From Camelus ferus (Eukaryota), in assembly GCF_009834535.1 (NCBI RefSeq), contig NC_045697.1, forward strand, positions 62,002,001 to 62,066,000: a DNA stretch of 64,000 bases, written 5' to 3'. Under the pieces are notes generated by a model that was not told where the DNA came from, searched no databases, and saw only the letters and a list, made by a program, of their open reading frames with translations. Below are positions 39,712 through 52,780 of this stretch, piece by piece. Made by a program: the position numbers and the translations under genes. The number at the start of each line of letters is the position of its first letter. Position 1 is the first letter of the stretch.

Positions 39712-40612
39712 ATGAGCAAGATGAAGAAGCAGAAAAACCTTTCGCAATTAAAAGAACAAGAGAAATCCCCTGAAAGATCAACGAAATAGACATCGATAGC
39801 CTACTAGATCAAGATTTCAAAAAAGGAGTGATCGAATTGCTGAAGGAATTAAAAGAGATAGTGTTTAGAGATATAAAATATGTCAAAAATGAAATTGAAG
39901 CTATAAAGAAGAGCCAAGTAGAATAGGTAAACTCATTGACAGAGATGAGGAATGATCTAATAGCTGGGCAAAGCCGACTAGATAATGCAGAGGAACGAAT
40001 TAGTGATCTAGAAGACAGGGCAATAGAAAGCACCCATTCAGAAGAACTACAAGATAAGCAAATAAAAAATAATGAAAATAGGATAAGGGACCTATGGGAT
40101 AATATAAAGCGTCCCAATCTTCGCATAATAGGGGTCCCAGAAGGAGAAGAAAGATCAAAGGGGATTGAAAAGGTTTTTGAAGAAATCATGACTGAAAACT
40201 TCCCAAACTTAAAGAAGGAATCAGATATCCAAGTACAGGAAGCTCAGAGGGTCCCAAACAGGAAGAACCCAAATAGACCCACACCAAGACATACCATAAT
40301 CAAGATGGCCAGAGTCAAGGATAAAGAAATGATTCTAAAGGCAGCAAGAGAAAAGCAAAGAGTAAGTTACAAGGGAACCCCCATAAGGCTCTCAGCTGAT
40401 TTCTCTACACAAACACTACAGGCCAGAAGGGAGTGGCAAGATATATTCAAAGCCCTGAATGAAAAAAAGATGCAGCCTAGGATCCTTTATCCAGCAAGGC
40501 TATCCTTGAGGATAGAAGGAGAAATAAAGAGTTTCACAGACAAAAAAAAAAGCTGCAGGAGTTTAGCAACACTAAACCCATGCTAAAAGGAATATTGAAA
40601 GGGCTATTCTAA
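39712..40612 (+). pseudogene. L1 ORF1p (coiled coil/RRM/CTD), disrupted
   Basis: RLDNAEERISDLED, LWDNIKRPNLRIIGVPEGEE, PRHTIIK, YKGTPIRLSADFS, ARREW, YPARLS motifs. Frameshift ~39772, TAG at 39924-39926, frameshift in A-run ~40545. Confidence 0.93.
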
Positions 40613-41017
40613 ATAGAAAAGCAGCAGTATGCTACAGAAATGAGAAACACACAACTGGAAAGGTGGTAACTCATGAATTACAAAAAAAGTAAACATGAAA
40701 TTATAAAAGAAGACATACAAATCACTGAGAGTGGGAGAGGGAGGCAGGGAAACATAGAATATTTTTTTTCTTTCTTTTTTAAATTTTTTTAACAGTAGGA
40801 TGGGTTTGAGATCATGTTACTATCAGTTTAATAAAAACAGTTATATTAATGGGTTGATAGATTTACAAAAAAGGGTAACCACAAGCCAAAAATTTACAAA
40901 GGAGTCACAAAAATTAAATAAAATCCATGATAATACAAAGGAAAATTACCAAACCACAAAAGGAAGAAGAAAGGAACAAAGAGGATATACCAATTCAACT
41001 GCAAAGATAAGTTCAAA

Positions 41018-44000
41018 ATGGCAATAAACACACATCTATCATTAATTACTGTAAATGTTAATGGTCTAAATGCTCCAGTCAAAAGACACAGAGTGGCAGA
41101 CTGGATAATAAAGCAAGAACCTTCAATATGCTGCATACAAGAGACCCACTTTAGGGAGAAGGACACATATAGATTAAGAGTGAAAGGATGGAAAAGGATA
41201 TTCCATGCAAGTGGAAAAGCCAAAAAAGCAGGTGTTGCAGTACTGATTTCAGACAAAATAGACTTTAAAACAAAGGCCATAAAGATAAAGAAGGACATTT
41301 TATAATGATTAAAGGAGTGATACAAGATGAGGATATTACACTCGTTAATATATATGCACCCAATATAGGAGCACCTAAGTACATACAAGCATTACTAACA
41401 GAGATAAAGGGGGATATTGATGGGAATACAATCATAGTTGGAGATTTTAACACTGCATTAACATCACTAGACAGATCTTCCAGACAGAAAATAAACAAGG
41501 CAACAGAGAAATTAAATACTACAATAGAAAAACTAGATCTGGTGGATATTTTCAGAGCATTACACCCCCAAAAAATAGGATATACATTCTTTTCAAGTGC
41601 ACATGGAACATTTTCCAGGATCGATCATGTACTTGGGCACAAAAGAAACCTCAACAATTTTAAGAAGATAGAAATTATCTCAAGCATCTTTACTGACCAC
41701 AATGCCATGAAACTGGAAATCAACAACAGAGAAACAAAGGAGAAAAAAAGGAAAGCATGGAGATTAAACAATATGTTATTGAAAAAACAATGGATCAATG
41801 AGGAAATCAAAGCTGAAATTAAAAAATACCTTGAGACAAATGATAATGAAAGCACAACCACTCAAAACCTATGGGACACAGCAAAGGCAGTGCTAAGAGG
41901 AAAGTTTATAGCGATACAGGCCTTCCTCAAAAAAGAAGAACAATCTCAAATAAACAATTTAACCCACCACCTGAATGAATTAGAAAAAGAAGAACAAAAA
42001 GCCCCAAAAAGCAGCAGAAGGAAGGAAATAATAAAGATCAGAGAGGAATTAAATACAATAGAGATTAACAAGACCATAGAAAAAATCAACCAAACCAAAA
42101 GCTGGTTTTTTGAAAAAGTAAATAAAATCGACAAACCTCTGGCCAAACTCACAAAGAAGAAAAAAGAGAGAGCACAAATTAGCAAAATAAGAAAGGAAAA
42201 TGGAGAAATTACAACAAACAAAATAGAAATACAGAATATCATACGAGAATATTATAAAAATTATATGAAACCAAACTGGATAACCTAGAGGAGATGGACG
42301 AGTTTCTGGAAACATAATGTCCACCAACACTGAATCAAGAAGAATCTGAACACTTGAACAATCCGATCACTAGAAAGGAAATAGAAATAGCAATTAAAAA
42401 CCTCCCTACAAATAAAAGTCCAGGACCGGACGGCTTCACCGGGGAATTCTACCAAACATACAAAGAAGGACACATACCAGTCCTTCTCAAACTCTTCCAA
42501 ATGATTGAAAAGGAGGGAATACTCCCAAACTCATTCTATGAAGCCACCATCACCCTGATACCAAAACCAGGCAAAGACACTACCAAAAAAGAGAATTATA
42601 GGCCAATATCACTGATGAACATAGACGCCAAAATCCTCACCAAAATTTTAGCAAACAGAATCCAACAACACATAAAAAAGATTATACATCATGACCAAGT
42701 GGGGTTCATCCCAGGGACACAAGGCTGGTTTAACATACGCAAATCAATCAGTGTAATACATCACATCAACAAGAGAAAGGACAAAAACCACACGATCATC
42801 TCAATCGATGCAGAAAAAGCATTTGATAAAATTCAACACCCATTTATGATAAAAACGCTCGCCAAAGTGGGTATAGAGGGAACATATCTCAACATAATAA
42901 AAGCTATATATGACAAACCTACAGCCAGCATAGTACTCAACGGTGAAAAACTCAAAAGCTTCCCACTAAAATCTGGGACAAGACAAGGATGCCCACTATC
43001 ACCACTCCTATTCAACGTAGTCCTGGAAGTCCTAGCCACAGCAGTCAGGCAAGAGAAAGAAATAAAAGGGATCCAAATTGGAAAAGAAGAGGTAAAAGTG
43101 TCATTATATGCTGATGACATGTTACTATATATAGAAAACCCTAAAAGGTCCACACAAAAGCTACTAGAGCTGATTGAAGAATTCAGCAAGGTAGCAGGTT
43201 ACAAAATTAACGTTCAAAAATCAGTTGCATTTCTTTACACTAACGATAAATCAACAGAAGAAGAAAGTAAAGAAACAATCCCCTTTAAAATAGCACCCAA
43301 AGTAATAAAATATCTGGGAATAAATCTAACCAAGGAGGTGAAAGAATTATACACAGAAAACTATAAACCAATGATGAAGGAAATTAAAGAAGACTTTAAA
43401 AAATGGAAAGATATTCCATGCTCTTGGATAGGAAGAATCAATATTGTTAAAATGGTCACACTGCCCAAGGCAATCTACAGATTTAATGCAATCCCTATCC
43501 AATTACCCAGGACATATTTCACAGAACTAGAACAAATCATAATAAAATTCATATGGAACCATCAAAGACCTAGAATTGCCAAAGCATTACTGAAGAGAAA
43601 GAAAGAGGCTGGAGGAATAACTCTCCCAGACTTCAGACAATACTATAGAGCTACAGTCATCAAGACAGCATGGTATTGGTACCAAAACAGACATATAGAC
43701 CAATGGAACAGAATAGAAAGGCCAGAAATGAACCCACAAACTTTTGGTCAACTCATCTTTGACAAAGGAGGCAAGAATATACATTGGAATAAAGACAGTC
43801 TCTTCAGCAAATGGTATTGGGAAAACTGGACAGCAGCATGTAAAACAATGAAGCTAGAACACTCCCTTACACCATATACAAAAATCAACTCAAAATGGAT
43901 TAAAGACTTAAACATAAGACAAGATACAATAAACCTCCTAGAGGAAAACATAGGCAAAACATTATCTGACATACATTTTAAAAATTTTCTCCTAGAAGAA

Positions 44001-44809
44001 ATAAAAGCAAGAATAAACAAATGGGACCTAATGAAACTTACTAGCTTCTGCACAGCAAAGGAAACCAGAAATAAAACAAGAAGAAAACCTACGGAATGGG
44101 AGAAAATTTTTGCAAGTGAAACCGACAAAGGCTTGATCTCCAGAATATATAAGCAGCTCATACGACTCAATAAGAAAAAAATAAACAACCCAATCCAAAA
44201 ATGGGCAGAAGACCTAAACAAGCAATTCTCCAAGGAAGACATACAAATGATCAAAAAGCACATGAAAAAATGCTCAGTATCACTAATTATCAGAGAAATG
44301 CAATCAAAACTACAATGAGGTATCACCTCACACCAGTCAGAATGGCCGTCATTCAGAAATCCACAAATGATAAATGCTGGAGAGGCTGTGGAGAAAGGGG
44401 AACCCTCCTACACTGCTGGTGGGAATGCAGTTTGGTGCAGCCACTATGGAAAACAGTGTGGAGATTCCTCAAAAGACTAGGAATAGACTTACCATATGAC
44501 CCAGGAATCCCACTCCTGGGCTTGTATCCAGAAGGAAATCTACTTCAGGATGACACCTGCACCCCAATGTTCATAGCAGCACTATTTACAATAGCCAAAA
44601 CATGGAAACAGCCTAAATGTCCATCAACAGGTGACTGGATAAAGAAGAGGTGGTATATTTATACAATGGAATACTACTCAGCCATAAAAACCGACAACAT
44701 AATGCCATTTGCAGCAACATGGATGCTCCTGGAGAATGTCATTCTAAGTGAAGTAAGCCAGAAAGAGAAAGAAAAATACCATATGAGATCGCTCATATGT
44801 GGAATCTAA
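41018..44809 (+). pseudogene. L1 ORF2p (APE endonuclease, reverse transcriptase, Cys-rich domain), disrupted
   Basis: NVNGLN, CCIQETH, GDFN, SRIDH (EN); [24 protein letters not shown] (RT); HCWWEC. Frameshifts at ~41285, ~42258 and ~44303; TAA at 42315-42317. Confidence 0.95.
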
Positions 44810-46171
44810 AAAACAAAAACAAACAAACAAACAAAAACAAAGCGTAAATAAAGGACAGAAATAGACTCACAGACAGAGAATACAGACTTGTGGTTACCAG
44901 GGGGGTGGAGGGTGGGAAGGGATAGACTGGGATTTCAAAATTGTAGAATAGACTACACTGTATAGCACAGGGAAATATATACAAAATGTTAGGATAACTC
45001 ACAGAGAAAAAAATGTGACAATGAGTGTGTATATGTCCATGAATAACTGAAAAATTGTGCTGAACACTGGAATTTGACACAACATTGTAAAATGATTATA
45101 AATCAATAAAAAATGTTAAAAAAATATATCTCATGGGCATATATTCTTTGTGATCATTTGCCTTGATAGTTCTTTTGTTGGCATCAACTTTTATTGACTA
45201 TTCTACATAATTAAAACCCCAAGAAATTGATTTAAAAAGACGAGGAAGTGTGTGTAATACAGGACTGCCAACACTAATGAAATAATTTAAGTTGGAATTT
45301 GACAACAGGACAAATTAAACTCAGCACATTACTCAAGGACTAAGAAAGGCTGATTGTTCAAGTGTAATTAAAATATACAGCTGGAATAGTAACTGCTAAA
45401 AGAGTCATAAGATCAATGAACACAGTAGCTATAAAAATTTAATGCAGTGTGAGCAGCCTATTTTTTAAAATGCAAATAATCAACCCAAAATGCAACTGCC
45501 TGTTATGAAGCCAACATGCAAAAACTAACAAGCTCAGGGAAATTGTACTGATGACTCAGAAGAAAAAGGCTGGTATAAGATATTAAGAACATTCCTCTCA
45601 ATACCAACACTACCATTTAATCATAAAGATTAATCTCTCTAAAAAGTGGGGTGGAGCTTGTAATCAGAGCTATAAGAATATTTATTTCCTCCAGCTGATT
45701 CTTTGCCTGACGGCTGGGCTGAGCAGTGATGTATGCTACACATCACCTAGCTCACGCTGTTCAGGTTACACCTCTTTCATTTACTAGCCAGATCACTTTT
45801 CCCACACGGTGTCTAGACTTTTAGATCTAAATCCTCAAATTAGCATAAAAACAAGATCAAATTGGATTCTATAAAATTTACAGACATATCTGAGAAAGAA
45901 CAAAAGGGAACAGGTGAACAGAGGGGGTGGCGGAATTTTAGGTCATTTTTTCCATTACTTCTAGGATTTTTATTATAAAAGTATGCAATCAATGTATATA
46001 ACATGAATGTTCCAGATCCCCCCAAGTCATGGGTATGAGCAATGTCACATTAATATTATTTGTACACATTTTATCAGCTCCAAAGCCCTACTTGCTAATA
46101 TAGAAACACCAGTCCCTGGCAAAGCTCCCACCCTCGCCTCCAGAATCCCCTCCTCTGATTGTATGAACTCT

Positions 46172-46524
46172 TATGGACATGGAGATGTGCCATCCAGATC
46201 CCCATTCAGGGGTGGGCTTGTCCCAGTAATCAGTTCCTTTGGCCTCGCTGCAAACAGCCATGTCACCCAAAGGCACACAGGGCAACCCACAACCCATGGC
46301 CAACGGAGGAGGGATGTAAAGGCTACACCATTCTGACAGGCTACGTGCAACCCAGGGCTCCCAATGGGGCTGACTGAGGCTTCGTCCAGCCTACATCAGC
46401 TTAACCTCCCTATCTGCCCCATCCCCCTTCCTGCCCTTTCCCTCCACAGGTGCCGATTCCTAATAAATATCCTGCATACCAAACTCTACCTCAGCATCTG
46501 CTTCCAGAGAACCCAACCTGTGAC
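46172..46524 (+). mobile_element. LTR16-like ERVL solo LTR
   Basis: 3' end CCTAATAAATATCCTGCATACCAAACTCTACCTCAGCATCTGCTTCCAGAGAACCCAACCTGTGACA. Confidence 0.7.
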
Positions 46525-48219
46525 AAGAAGTCACCCTGGCTGCCACTAGCACCTCACTTGGCCCGGAAGGCCTGAACTGCTTAGCATGATCTTCTTCCTC
46601 GTCTGCTCAGATCCGCATGTCTGCTGGTCACCCCAGATACCAGTTCCTCAGACCTCAATGCCCTTGAGTGTTCCACAGTTCCCTGTGATAAAGAAAGGAC
46701 CTCTTTCTCTCTGCATTACGCTCCACAAAGGGGTGATATGTCTCTCAGATGACAGACAGTTTGCTTCTCCCCAAGGCAAGAAGACACTGTCACAATAGTC
46801 AGGCAGGTTTGACTGCCAGCCACCACCCTGTACCTAGAAGCTACTCCTTTCTAAACCTCATAAATCTGTCTTCCTAGACAAGCCAGACTCAGGCCTTCTT
46901 TGTGGTAGTCTCTCTCGACATTCTACCCCATCCCCACAATACCTCTCTGGAGATGTGGCTTCAGTTTGCACATGCATAAGCACATTTAACCTACCAAATC
47001 AGTCTGAACCCAACTGTGGTAAATGGTGAAGGGTTTGGAGGCTCCTCATCTTCAGTAAGTATAATAAATACTGCTGTGGATCACGGTGAGGAAGGTAGGG
47101 AAATGGTTTTCCAGCTCTGTACATATATGAATACTCATTTAACAAACACTTAACACAGAAATTACCACTGTCACTATTCTAAGCCTTTTATATATATTAA
47201 CTCAGACAATTCAAAAACAGCCCTATGAAGTAATTAAGCCCACCTTACACATGAGCAAACTGAGGTAACACAGAGATTTGGTGACTTGCGGTCACACAAC
47301 AAGCAAGTATTGAGAATGCTCTGGCTCTGAGGCCTTGCTCTTAACCATTATGCCACACAGCCCCTAAGGCCAGGCTTGTTCCCTACTCCAGTTTGACAGT
47401 GGTAATATTCCACTGGGGGAGAACTGAAGATGCAAGAAGAGTGATCAAGTGAGAAGTCTACATTCCTTGGTTTCCTTTTTAGGCCTTTTTAGGCCATTCT
47501 CTTGATACCTAATTTCCCCGTAGCCCTTCTCTTCTCATTCCAGTGCCCCAGGAGTCCTTGGGGGAGGGTTAAGTGGGTCAGGTAGGGACAGCCCTGCCCT
47601 AAGCCCTGCATGCTGCCTCTGGCCTTATCTGTGATAAAGCAGCCATTGCTTGGTGGTATGATGCAACTCTCGGAGGTTGTCTGAGGCAGCTGCAAGCATG
47701 GCTAGCGTTAACACAACTCATTAAGCAGGTGATGAGTCCTCTAGAGCTTAGGGACCACCTATACAGACAACAAATTGATGCTATTCTGAATGGTCTCCTT
47801 CTGTACTGGCTCCATTGCCCATGCATGTATACCAGGAATTCACACCATTAGCCTGAACTTCTATTACTGTAATGCTGTGAAGACTTACACTTCAATTCAG
47901 CTACCTTTTTTTAAATTGACTAAAGGAATATCACTGTGGAAGAAACAAAAGGCAGCAGCTTTAATATTTATTGTGCATCTATTATATACAAGGTCCTGAT
48001 GGGAAATTTTAAGTATGTTATCTCAGCTAACCTTAATACAACATTAGCAGTATTACCACTGTTTTTAAGATGAGAAAATGAGGAGAAGAGAGGAAGTGAC
48101 TTAAGATATCACAGCTAAAAAGTAGCAAAGCTGATTTAAATCTAGGCGTGTGTGACTCCAAGCCTGTTAAAGGAGCTTGCCAGTCAGGTGAGTGAGACCA
48201 ACATATTAAAAACTAACCA

Positions 48220-51200
48220 CTAATCAAAATCCTAGAAAGTTACTTAGAATCAACAAATTGATTCTAAAATTTGTATAGAAAAGCAAAAGATCCAGAGTAG
48301 CTACACAATATTGAAGATGAAGAACAAAGTTGGAGAAGCGATACTACCTAACATTAGTAGCTTTATTATAAAGCTACAGTAATCAAGACAGTGTGCTATT
48401 GGCAAAAAAATAGACAGATGGATCAATGGAAGAGAATAGAGTGCCCAGCAATAGACATCCTCCCATAAATATAGTCACCTGATCTCTGGCAGAGGAGAAG
48501 AGGCAATTCAATGAAACAAAGGTAGTATCTTCAACAAATGGTGGTGAAACAACTGGAAATCCACATGCTAAAAAAAAAAAAGAAGAAGAATCTAGACACA
48601 GACCTTACATTCGTCACAAAAATTAAACACAGACCTAAATGTAAAACAATAAACTATAAAGCTCCTAGAAGATAGTACAGGAAAAAACCTAGATGACCTT
48701 GTGTATGGAGAGGTCTTTTCAGATAAAACACCAAAGGCCCAGTCCATGAAGGAAATAATTGATGAGTTGGACTTCATTAAAATTAAGACTTCTACTCTGC
48801 AAAAGACAATACCAAAAGAATGAAACCAAAAAGTTCCTAGGGAAAGTGGAAGTGTAGAAGCCCTAAAAGTGAATGAGCCTGGTGGACCTAAAGGACAAGC
48901 AGAGAACCAGTAGCTGGATACAATGGGGGAAAGAAAGCAATGCATGAGTCAGAGAAATTGTCATGACCAATCCACATAAGGTCTTATAGGGCACAGTAGG
49001 GTCCAGGTATATTATACAAAGGAAAAACTTTTTGTATTATGTTGGGGATGGAATTTATGTATATTTTGCACTAAATTTTGTTCATTTTTATATCCAACTT
49101 AGGTAATAAATACTGAATGATCAAAAGGGAGAGAGAGAAAGAATGAGAAGACAAGTCACAGAGTGAGAGAAAATATTTACAAAAGACACTAATAAAGGAC
49201 TGTTATTCAAAACATACAAAGAATAAAGACCTAGAAATAAACCTACAGACTTACGGTCAATTAATGTTTGACAAAGGAGGCAAGAATATACAATGGAGAA
49301 AAGACAGCCCCTTCAGCAAGTGTTGTTGAGAAAACTGGACAGCATCATGTAAATCAATGAAGTTAGAATGCTCCCTCATAGCATACACAAAGATAAACTC
49401 AAAATGGCTTAAAGACTTTAATATAAGACAAGACACTAAAACCTCCTAGAAGGACACATAGGCAAAAGATTCTCTGACATAAATCTTAGCAATGTTCTCC
49501 TAGGGCAGTCTACCCAGGCAATAGAAACAAAAGCAAAAAACAAACAAACAAAAAAAAAACAAAGGGGACCTAATTAAACTTACAAACTTTTGCACAGCAA
49601 AGGAAACCATAAACAAAACCGTACAACAACCTATGGAATGGGAGAAAATATCTACAAAAGATGCAACAGACAAAAGTTTAATTTCCAGAATATATAAACA
49701 GCTCTTACAACTTAACAACAACAACAAAAACCCAATCCAAAAATGGGCAGAAGACCTAAACAAGCAATTCTCCAACGAAGACATACAAATGGCCAACAGG
49801 CACATGAAAAAATGCTTCAACATTGCTAATTATCAGAGAAGTGCAAAACTACAATGAGATATTACCTCACACCAGTCAGAACAGCCATCATTAAAAAGTT
49901 CACAAACAACAAATGCTAGAGAGGGTGTGGAGAGAGGGGAACCCTCCTACACTGTTGGTGGAAATGCAGTTTAGTGCACCTGTTATGGAAAATAGTATGG
50001 AGATTCCTCAAAAAACTAAAAATAGACTTACCATATGATATAGCAACCCTACTCCTAGACATATATTCAAAGGGAACTCTAATTTGAAAACATACATGCA
50101 CATCAATGTGCATAGAAGCACTATAAACAATAGCCAAGACAAGGAAGCAACCTAAATGTCCATCAACATACGACTGGATAAAGAAGCTGTGGTATATTTA
50201 TACAATGGAATACTACTCAGCCATAAAAATAATAAAATAATGCGACCTGCATCAACATGGATGGACCTGGAGATCATCATTCTAAGTGAAGTAAGCCAGA
50301 AAGAGAGAGAAAAATACCATATGACATCACTCATATGTGGAATCTAAAAAAACAAACTTAGGGTTACCAGTAAGGGAAGAGGGTGGGAAGGGATAAATTG
50401 GGAATTTGAGAGTTGTAGATACTAACTACTATATATAAAATAGATAAACAACAAGTTTATAGTGTATAACACAGAGAACTACATTCAGTATCTTATAGTA
50501 ACCTATAATGAAAAAGAATATGAAAACAAATATATGTATATATAGTATGACTAAACTACTACGCTGTACACCATTAACTGACACAATATTGACACTATAT
50601 TTTAACAAAACATACACACACACAAAGCAAAAAAGAAGACACTAATGAACTCATCTACAAAACAGAAACAGACTCACAGACATGGTAAACAATCTTTTGG
50701 TCACCAGGGGGAAAGGAGTGGGTAGTGATAAATTAGACATTGGAGATTTGCAAATATTAACTACTATATATAAAATAGATAAACAAAAATTTCTTCTGTA
50801 TAGCACAGGGAACTATATTCAATATCTTGCAGTAACCTATAATGAAAAAGAACATGAAAGTGAATATATGTGTATATATGTATGACTGAAATGCTATGCT
50901 GTACACCAGAAATTGATACACTGTAAACTGACTATACTTCAATAAAAATATATGTACACACAAAGAACTCTTAAAACTCAACAATAAGAAAACAAACATC
51001 TTGATTTTTAAAATGCGCAGAAGACCTTAACGGATACATCACCAAAGAAGATACACAGATGGTAAATAAGTATATGAAAAGATGTTCCACATCATTTCTC
51101 ATTAGTGAAATACAAATTAAAACTATAATGAGATACAATGATACATCTATTAAAATGACCAAAATCCAGAACACTGACAACACCAAATGCTGGTGAGGAT

Positions 51201-52150
51201 AAGGAGCAACTGGAGCTCTGATTCAGTGCAGGTGGGAATACAAAATGGCACAGCCACTTTGGAAGACAGTTTTGGCAGTTTCTTACAAAATTAAACATAC
51301 TACTACCAAAAAAAAAAAAAAACCCCATGGGGAAACTGAGTATAAAACAGGCTGGAGTACTCTATACCTCTGTAACTTTTCTGTAAATCTGTAACTATTC
51401 TAAAATTAAAAGTTTATTAAAATAAAAAATTAAAATATAAACATATTCTGACCATATGATCCATCAATTTTACTTCTTGGTATTTACCCAAAGGAGGTGA
51501 AAACTTATGTCCACATAAAAATCTGCACACAGACATTTATAGCACCTTTATTCATAATTGTCAAAACTTGGAAGCAACCAATATGGCCTTCAATAGGTGA
51601 ATAGATAAATAAACTGTGGTATATCCAGACAATGGAATATTACTCAGCACTAAAAGTAAGAGTTACCAAGCCATGAAAAGGCATAGAATAAACTTAAAAT
51701 GTGTATTATCAAGAAGCCAATTAGAAAAGGCTACATATTGCATGATTCCAACAATGTGGCATCCTGGAAAAGGCAACACTATGGTGACAATAAAAGATTA
51801 GTCGTTGCCAGGGATGGGATGGTGCAGGAGGGATGAATAGGTGGACCACAAAGGACTTATAAGGCAGTGAAATTATTCTGCATGATGTTAAAATGATGGA
51901 TATCTGTTACACATTTACCCAAATCCATGAAATGCACAATACCAAGAGTGAACCCTAAGATAAACAATGGACTTCGGATGATTATAATTTGTCAATGGAG
52001 GTTCATCCTTGGTAAAATATGCACCATTCTGGTGAGTGATGTTGATAAAGGGGGAGGCTATGCATCTGTGGGGGCAAGGGATATATAAGAAATCTCTGTT
52101 ATCTCTCTCCTACTTTTGTTGTAAACTGTTCATTTAAAAAAAATTTTTTT
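48220..52150 (+). mobile_element. Old L1M (L1MC-like 3' UTR) hosting several nested insertions
   Basis: ORF2-like text 48220-48825 resumes at 49138-49223, 50955-51305 and 51420-52150. L1MC-type 3' UTR GTGAACCCTAAGATAAACAATGGACTT...GGGGGAGGCTATGCA. Confidence 0.85.
49224..50955 (+). mobile_element. Younger lineage-specific 5'-truncated L1 nested in the L1M, with two 3' UTR copies
   Basis: High similarity to 43710-44810 of the full-length L1. Host sequence ACAAAGAA repeated at both junctions. 3' UTR-like blocks at ~50353-50625 and ~50630-50950. Confidence 0.85.
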
Positions 52151-52342
52151 AAAAAAGAACACAAGGTAGAATTAAATAGGGGCTCTAATAGAGATTCAAA
52201 ATAGAAGACAGAGAAAGAACAAGTCACTGCAACTAGGGATCTGGGACAGGTAAGTTGCTTCTGGGCTAAATCTTGAAAACTAAGTAAGGTTTTTGATAGG
52301 CAAAGAAGCTGTTTAAGCAGAAGAAAAGAGTCATAGAAGGGT

Positions 52343-52780
52343 GTGTGGCAGAGACTACCAGCTGTTCACAAACATCCATTTCCTCTTCCTCCTGGACGTG
52401 GCCACATTATATTTCCCAAAACCTTTGTAGGTCAGTGAGGCCACATGATTAACAATTCTACCCAACAGAACATGAACAGAAGTGATGACTGACAGGCCTG
52501 GACCACAGAAACCTCCCATGTGAACTCCTTAATCCTTTTTATCTTTCTGGCTGGCTGGAAAAAAGATGACAAGGGCAACTCTGGAAGCTGTGTGATCAAA
52601 ACAGCAGAGCCTCCATCAGTTCAAATCAATGAATGGCTTTAAGGAGGAGAGCCCTCTTGCCCACCAGCAGCACCAACCTTGGACTTTTCAGTGAGTGAGA
52701 AATAAATAAACTTCTACTGTGTTCGAACCCATTATGCATTTAGGGTCAACTTGTTACAAGAGCTTGTGTTACCCTAACAT
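52343..52780 (+). mobile_element. MLT1-type solo LTR
   Basis: TGTGGCAGAGAC...TCCTCTTCCTCCTGG...CCAACAGAACATGAACAGAAGTGATG...GTGAGTGAGAAATAAATAAACTTCTACTGTGTT. Confidence 0.7.

Larger units (their letters stand above)
37997..45120 (+). mobile_element. Full-length young LINE-1 insertion (about 7.1 kb), disrupted ORFs
   Basis: TSD AAAATATATCTC at 37985-37996 and 45121-45132. CpG-rich 5' UTR from ~38052, ORF1, ~400-bp spacer, ORF2 with EN/RT/Cys domains, G-rich 3' UTR, AATAAA at 45105-45110. Confidence 0.97.

Noticed and set aside
41625..44326. Hydrophobic minus-strand ORFs resembling membrane proteins
   Set aside because: Antisense shadows of the A-rich L1 ORF2.
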